32,000 bases of DNA from Wolbachia endosymbiont of Drosophila innubila. Its GTDB lineage: Bacteria; Pseudomonadota; Alphaproteobacteria; Rickettsiales; Anaplasmataceae. Below the pieces are notes generated by a model. The model saw only the letters and a list, made by a program, of their open reading frames with translations. It was not told where the DNA came from and ran no database searches. The translations under genes and the position numbers were made by a program. Positions 26,162 to 32,000 of the stretch are shown piece after piece; position 1 is the first letter of the stretch; the number at the start of each line of letters is the position of its first letter. The stretch lies in NCBI RefSeq assembly GCF_021378375.1, contig NZ_CP076228.1:1020001-1052000 (forward strand), read 5' to 3'.

Positions 26162-28611
26162 ATGGCATTATTAATAGTTGAATCACCTGCGAAAGCAAAG
26201 ACAATAGGTAAATATTTGAGTAAAGAGTTCAAAGTAGCTGCATCCTTTGGACATGTGAGGGATCTTCCAGCAAAAAACGGTTCTGTCGATCCGGATAATG
26301 ATTTTACTATAAAGTATGAAACCATTGAAAAAGCAGAAAAGTATATAAAAGAGCTAGTAAAAGCCGCAAGCAAAACATCAGATATATATCTTGCAACAGA
26401 CCCAGACAGAGAAGGGGAAGCAATGGCTTGGCATGTGATAGAGACATTAAAAGAAAAGAAAGCAATCAGTAATGAAAACAACATTTATAGAGTAGTCTTT
26501 AATGAGATAACAAAAAGAGCAGTACAAGAAGCAATAAAAAATCCACGTGAAATTAATATGGATTTAGTGCGTGCACAACAAGCACGTAGAGCTTTGGATT
26601 ATCTAGTTGGATTTAGTTTGTCACCACTGCTGTGGACAAAATTGTCGGGAAGCAAGTCTGCAGGGCGAGTGCAGTCTGTTGCATTAAAGATTATATGCGA
26701 ACGAGAAGATGAAATTAGTAAATTTATAACACAGGAGTATTGGAGCATAAAAGCAGAAATGCAAAATAGCAAAGATGAGGCTTTTTTTGCTATGCTAAGC
26801 CACTATGACAATAAAAAGCTAGAAAAATTTGATATTAAGAATGAAGAAGAAGCAAAGAACTTAGTCAGGGAGATTGAATCAAGGCAATATGCTGTAAGCA
26901 CAGTAGAACGCAAGCAAGTTAAGAGAAACCCGCTTCCTCCGTTTATTACTTCAAGTCTTCAGCAAGATGCAGTGAATAAACTGTATTTTAATGTGAAAAG
27001 TGTTATGCGCATAGCGCAAAATTTATATGAAGGTATCGATATTGGTGGTGAAACTGTAGGGTTGATAACTTACATGCGTACAGATGGGTTTCATATTGCA
27101 GATGAGGCTATAAACTCAATTAGAGGGTCAATTAAGTCATTATATGGTGATAAATATTTACCGCAGTCTCCTCGTAAATATGTAAAAAAGGTCAAAAATG
27201 CTCAAGAAGCACATGAAGCAATTCGTCCAACTGATATCAATAGAACGCCGGGTAGTATTAAGGATTACTTAACGCCAGAGCAATTTAAATTGTATGATTT
27301 AATCTGGAAAAGGACCATTGCAAGTCAAATGGAGTCGGCGATTCTTGATCAAGTGGTAGTCGAAATTAGTTCTACTGACCAGAAAGTAATTCTGCGAGCA
27401 AGTGGATCAAGTATATTCTTTGATGGTTTTTATAGAGTCTACCAAGATAACATAGAAGCCGAAAATGAAGGCCTGCTACCTGCCATGAAGGAAGGGGAAG
27501 CGTGTAAGCTGATTTCAGTTGAGCCAAAACAACATTTCACTCAACCGCCACCTCGTTATAGTGAAGCAAGTATCGTAAAAAAATGGAAGAAATCGGTATA
27601 GGTCGACCATCAACTTATGCAACAATTATTTCGGTATTACAAGATCGTGAGTACGTTTCATTGGATAGCAAAAGATTTATTCCAAGCAGCCGCGGTAAAA
27701 TCGTTACTATATTTTTAGAAACTTTTTTTCAGCGTTGTGTAGAGTATGATTTCACAGCACAAATGGAAGAGAAGCTTGATTTAATTTCAAATGGACATGC
27801 AGATTGGAAAAAAGAATTAGGCCACTTTTGGGTGCCATTTTTTGGTCATGTAAACTCTGTCAAGCAAATGACGCATGATGAAGTTTTCAGCGGCATTCAC
27901 GATTTGGTAATCGATTGGTTTTGTTCAGAAGAAGGAAGAAAAGAGGTGAATACGAAATGCCCTGCTTGCTTAGGTGGCATATTGAAATTGAACTTTGGAA
28001 AAGCCGGGGTGTTCCTTGGATGTTCTAACTATCCTGAATGCAACCATACAAAAGAAATTACAGGTAGTAACGACAATTCAGAATATCCAAAAAGTTTAGG
28101 TATAGATGATATAACAAACCAAGAAGTGATGATCAAAAAGGGTCCTTTTGGACTTTATCTGGAGTTTAATAACGAGTTAAAAAAGAAAAAAACGGTTTCC
28201 ATACCAAAAGATATAAATGTTAATGAGATTGATCTGAGCACCGCTACTCAGTTACTTTCCTTGCCAAAAGTAATCGGAGAACACCCTGAAACCGGAAAGG
28301 AAGTAAAAATAGGCCTTGGGCGATTTGGGTACTATATTTTCTATGATGGTAGATACTTTTCTCTTAAGAAAAGCTCCAAAGAGGTGCTGAATACAGAATT
28401 GAGCGAAGCTGTACAAATTATTGCAAACAGTCCACGCAAAGAGTTAAAATCTCTCGGGGTTAATGAAAAGGGAAAAGAAGTTTTTATCTGCAACGGTAGG
28501 TACGGATTCTATATAAAATGCGGTAAAACAAACGTTGCTTTGGGCAAGAGTGCAGATATTGAGAGTATAGATCTGGAGAAGGCTTTAGAGTTGATTAAGG
28601 GTAAGAAATAG
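26162..28611 (+). CDS. topA: DNA topoisomerase I, reading frame broken by a 1-nt shortfall in an A7 run (27577..27583)
   Basis: The two ORFs (26162..27601, 27583..28611) join as ...PPRYSEASIVKK|MEEIGIGRPSTYA, the conserved TopA motif. Also a TOPRIM N-terminus (LLIVESPAKAKTIGKYL, DPDREGEA), an active-site region ITYMRTD, and a C-terminal zinc-ribbon CPACLGG...CSNYPEC. Confidence 0.92.
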
Positions 28612-28638
28612 ACTTCTTGCATAACCATATGCTCTTTA

Positions 28639-28764
28639 TTGTCATTCCAGCGCGTGACGCTGGAATCTAGAAAAAAAGAACCTGGATGCCAGTGTCTGGG
28701 CACTGGCATGACACCCTTTCTGGTAGAGGTTGCTCTCAAATCACAACGTGCATACAACTGCAGC
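28639..28764. repeat. family A composite repeat between convergent topA and trhO, inverted relative to 25867..25966
   Basis: ttgtcattccagcgcgtgacgctggaatctagaaaaaaagaacctggatgccagtgtctgggcactggcatgacaccc...gctctcaaatcacaacgtgcatacaactgcagc. Confidence 0.88.
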
Positions 28765-28775
28765 AGTATGATGTT

Positions 28776-29603
28776 TTATTTATTATAGCTATAACACTGA
28801 AGTTTACAATCAGAACAAACCACTTGGCCACGTGGAACTGATTTCAGTTTATCAGTTGAAACTTGATTTGAGCAGAATATGCATTTTATTGTGTTGCTTG
28901 GAGTAAGTGAGTTATCAACAGCAATTCTATCATCAAAAACAAAACATTCTCCTTTCCAATTACCATTTTTATTATAAGTTTTTTCAAGGTAAGAAAGAAT
29001 GCCGCCTTTAAGATGGTAAACATCACTAAATCCAAGGCTTTTCATATATGCTGTAGATTTTTCGCATCTAATCCCACCAGTGCAGTACATAGCCACTTTC
29101 AGGTCTTTACTCTCAGAAAATGACTCTGTCCACTGAGGAAACTCACGGAAACATTGTGTGTGTGGATTAATTGCATTCTTAAACTTGCCTAATTTCACTT
29201 CATACTCGTTTCGTGTATCTATTACTAAAACGTCAGGTTGAGAAGTAAAATCATCCCAATGCTCTGGATCAACATATTTACCCCTAAGGGAAATATCAAG
29301 ATTGCTTACACCAAGATTCACAATCTCTCTTTTTAATTTTACCTTCATCTTGCTAAATGGTTGATATTCTGCTGCACTCTCTTTCCATGTAAGGTCCCTT
29401 AGCCTATAATCAGAACGTAGAAAATCGAATATTTTATCAATTGCGTTTCTTTCACCAGATATTGTTGCATTAACACCCTCTTCTGCAAGGAGTATAGTGC
29501 CCTTTAACTCAACGTTGTTGCATGCAGCTTTTATTTCGTCTTTCATGTCATAATAATTAGAGAGTTCTACAAAGTGATAGAAAGTTGCAATGACGAAGCT
29601 CAT
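28776..29603 (-). CDS. trhO: rhodanese-domain protein, TrhO/YceA (UPF0176) family tRNA U34 hydroxylase-like
   Basis: MSFVIATFYHFVEL..., LLAEEGVNATISG, rhodanese active-site loop YCTGGIRCEKS, C-terminal Cys cluster. The tracked ORF extends to 29657, but the family N-terminus begins at ATG 29603. Confidence 0.8.
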   Translation of the reverse strand: MSFVIATFYHFVELSNYYDMKDEIKAACNNVELKGTILLAEEGVNATISGERNAIDKIFDFLRSDYRLRDLTWKESAAEYQPFSKMKVKLKREIVNLGVSNLDISLRGKYVDPEHWDDFTSQPDVLVIDTRNEYEVKLGKFKNAINPHTQCFREFPQWTESFSESKDLKVAMYCTGGIRCEKSTAYMKSLGFSDVYHLKGGILSYLEKTYNKNGNWKGECFVFDDRIAVDNSLTPSNTIKCIFCSNQVSTDKLKSVPRGQVVCSDCKLQCYSYNK

Positions 29604-29732
29604 GATTATTGACTTATCAACTAAAAACATGATATACAAAATTATAAAGATATTCAATAGTACGGCTGTTAATTACTGGATATCTTCAGTTTTTACATAT
29701 AACATTTTAATATAAAATATAGATTCAAATTA

Positions 29733-31331
29733 ATGTTTTTAAGAGTATTTAAAAATATATTCTTATTTTTAGTAAGCATATTATTCGTCTGCCCAATATT
29801 ATCATTAATATCAATCTTATTTACAGATTCAGCGAATTCCGAATGGGTAATCAGTACACTTTTTCCTGAATATATACTGAGTACGTTAATTTTGATGGTA
29901 GGAGTAGGGGGAATATCTTTCATATTTGGAGTAATTCCAGCTTGGCTCACCACATTTTTTTCATTTCCTGGAAGTAAAATTTTTGAGATTGCTTTGTTCT
30001 TTCCGATATCGATTCCTGGATATATAGTAGCGTTCGTCTATGTAAATACGCTAGAGTTTTCAGGTCCGGTGCAGAGCTTATTAAGAGACATTTTAGATTG
30101 GAGCAAAGGTGACTATTGGTTTCCTGAAATAAAATCCCTAGGTGGTGGAATATTAGTAATGGGATTCAGCCTATATCCATACGTTTATATGTTAGTTCGC
30201 TCAAGTCTAAAGAATGTTAGTAACTCAGTCACTATTGCGTCAACGCTTGGGTTCTCCTCATTGAAGAGCCTGTTTTCTGTTATCATACCCTCCATACGCC
30301 CATCAATTATAGCTGGGTTGTCTTTGGTACTAATGGAAGTAATTACAGATTTCGGCACACCACAGTTTCTTGCTATCGATACTTTTACGACAGGAATATA
30401 TCGCACCTGGTTTTTACTGCATGACAAATATTCAACTACTGTTTTAGCAGTTGCAGAATTAATTTTCGTTGTGATACTAATAGCTATCGAAAAAAAACTA
30501 CAAAAAAAAGGAATATCTTACTCTTCAATCAATACCAATTCGGACTATCACAACAAACGGAGTATAAGTGGCGCTATGCCGTTGATCTTTCCTTATCTTA
30601 TGTGTGTATTGCCGATCTTAATAGGTTTTATTTTGCCAATGATTCCGCTCATATATTGGAGCATAGAGAAGGGGTTTTTCATATACGAAGCAAGATTCTA
30701 TAACATAATAGCAAATAGCATTAGTTTATCATTTATCACCGCATTAATCTCAATTAGCATTGCAATAATGATTGGATATACGGCGCGTAAAAATAAGGTA
30801 ATCAACAATATAGCGCGTCTCATTTCTTTAGGCTACGCAATTCCAAATGCAATTATCGCAATTAGTATAATAATATTTTTAAGCAGAATATCCTCTTTCA
30901 TTACTCAATATGTTGTGGAAATTAGCTTGGTAGGAACTATTGGCGCATTAGTTTACTCATATTTATTTCGTTTTTTTGCTATATCTTTCAAGGCGGTAGA
31001 GTCAGGGCTCAAAAAAACACCAAATGAAATTGAGTGGACTGCATATACTATGGGTCATGGACCTATTTCCACATGTTTGAATGTTCATATCCCTCTCATC
31101 AAGAAGAGTATATTATCGGGATTTTTGCTCGTATTTATGGATACTATCAAAGAGCTCACAGCAACACTCATTATAAGACCATTTAATTTTGAAACTATAT
31201 CAACTAGAATATATGAACTTGTAAGCGATGAGCGCTATAGAGAAGCTGCCCCATTTTCGTTAATAATAGTTATAATAGGCTTAATCTCTACAATAACCTT
31301 ATTTACACTTGATGATAAGGATAAAAAATAA
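29733..31331 (+). CDS. fbpB: ABC transporter permease with duplicated permease domains, iron(III)/FbpB-like
   Basis: 532 aa, about 12 TM segments. Two MetI-like permease halves (EAA-type loops near ...SLKNVSNSVTIASTLG and ...KKTPNEIEWTAYTMG). Substrate assignment is by family resemblance only. Confidence 0.72.
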   Translation: MFLRVFKNIFLFLVSILFVCPILSLISILFTDSANSEWVISTLFPEYILSTLILMVGVGGISFIFGVIPAWLTTFFSFPGSKIFEIALFFPISIPGYIVAFVYVNTLEFSGPVQSLLRDILDWSKGDYWFPEIKSLGGGILVMGFSLYPYVYMLVRSSLKNVSNSVTIASTLGFSSLKSLFSVIIPSIRPSIIAGLSLVLMEVITDFGTPQFLAIDTFTTGIYRTWFLLHDKYSTTVLAVAELIFVVILIAIEKKLQKKGISYSSINTNSDYHNKRSISGAMPLIFPYLMCVLPILIGFILPMIPLIYWSIEKGFFIYEARFYNIIANSISLSFITALISISIAIMIGYTARKNKVINNIARLISLGYAIPNAIIAISIIIFLSRISSFITQYVVEISLVGTIGALVYSYLFRFFAISFKAVESGLKKTPNEIEWTAYTMGHGPISTCLNVHIPLIKKSILSGFLLVFMDTIKELTATLIIRPFNFETISTRIYELVSDERYREAAPFSLIIVIIGLISTITLFTLDDKDKK

Positions 31332-31336
31332 ACGTA

Positions 31337-32000
31337 ACCGTTCACACTTAATTCTTCAATCTCACTAATAGAAAGGCCAGTAAACTTAACAATAGTGTTG
31401 ACATCAACATTATTAGCCAGCATTGCTTTTGCGACTTCAATTTTCCCTTCAATTTTCCCTTCAATTTTCCCTTCAATTTTCCCTTCAATTTTCCCTTCAA
31501 TTTTCCCTTCAATTTTCCCTTCAATTTTCCCTTCAATTTTCCCTTCAATTTTCCCTTTCTCTATACCTTTTTGTATACCTTTCTCTTCAGCAAGATCAAG
31601 TCTGTATTCAAGAATGGCTTCTTCTTTGCGCAGATCCATTATTCTTTCTTCATAAGTTATTAGATCTTTTTCATTCCAGTGAAACTTATCTAATTCATCA
31701 TATGCTAGCTTTATTATTGGTGATTTTTCCGCAATTTTTCTGAGATCTTCGTCCGTTGTTTCATCTGCATATTTGAAAAAAATAGCCAACGGTCTACTAC
31801 ACTTTCTAGTTGTTCTTCTCTACTCTTAGGAAATTTTGGCAGCTCTATGAAGATAAATTGAAAATCTTTTAAGTCATGCTCATTGGTTTTCATCTCTTAT
31901 GGTATGGCTAGATATATAGTCAAGCTTATCAGGGAATAAGGTACAATTTGAAATCGCGATAAAGAAAATCTTCTTTAAATCAACGTATTTACCAGATTTA
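31337..32000 (-). pseudogene. Rpn-family nuclease/putative transposase, copy 2 (runs off the window); two frameshifting homopolymer indels relative to copy 1
   Basis: Identical to 9990..10656 except A7 (31776..31782) vs A8 and T4 (31887..31890) vs T6. The tracked ORF 31235..31789 reads through the homology boundary into the antisense of the fbpB 3' end. Confidence 0.82.
31438..31557. repeat. 12-bp tandem repeat caattttccctt x10, second copy
   Basis: Direct count. Same unit and same copy number as 10091..10210. Confidence 0.97.

Noticed and set aside
26110-26484. 124-aa minus-strand ORF overlapping the topA start
   Set aside because: It is antisense to the conserved TOPRIM-coding region of topA and is a shadow ORF.
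31235-31789. 184-aa ORF suggesting an intact, longer Rpn protein in copy 2
   Set aside because: Its last 33 codons are antisense to the fbpB 3' end, beyond the homology boundary at 31337. Its TTG start arises only because of the A7 frameshift. It is better read as a pseudogene read-through.

Overview
AT-rich window that looks like a Wolbachia-type (Rickettsiales) endosymbiont chromosome; this is inferred from gene content, an ISWpi1-like IS, a WO-like terminase fragment and Rpn paralogues, with no database search run. Housekeeping genes: polA, xth, hemD-like, tRNA-Leu(CAG), tldD, iscS, addB, purL, uvrA, topA, trhO-like and an fbpB-like permease. These are separated by decayed mobile DNA: an IS3 remnant, two ISWpi1-like IS5-family copies, a second IS5-type remnant, a 5'-truncated group II intron, two Rpn-family nuclease/transposase pseudogene copies carrying a 12-bp coding tandem repeat, a comF fragment and an orphan phage terminase fragment. 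I found no coherent multi-gene novel system such as a defence island, toxin-antitoxin pair or CRISPR. The most unusual signals are: (1) a family of short hairpin-forming palindromic repeats that fills intergenic regions and also sits in frame inside purL (three sites, both orientations) and addB (two sites); (2) a frameshift in an A7 tract that splits the essential topA gene; (3) a nested mobile-element graveyard (Rpn gene <- group II intron <- ISWpi1 <- IS5 remnant); (4) IS copies with unrelated truncated genes on each flank; (5) a pair of >660-bp direct repeats 21.3 kb apart that differ only by homopolymer indels. Repeat coordinates are hand-mapped and approximate to about +/-5 bp.
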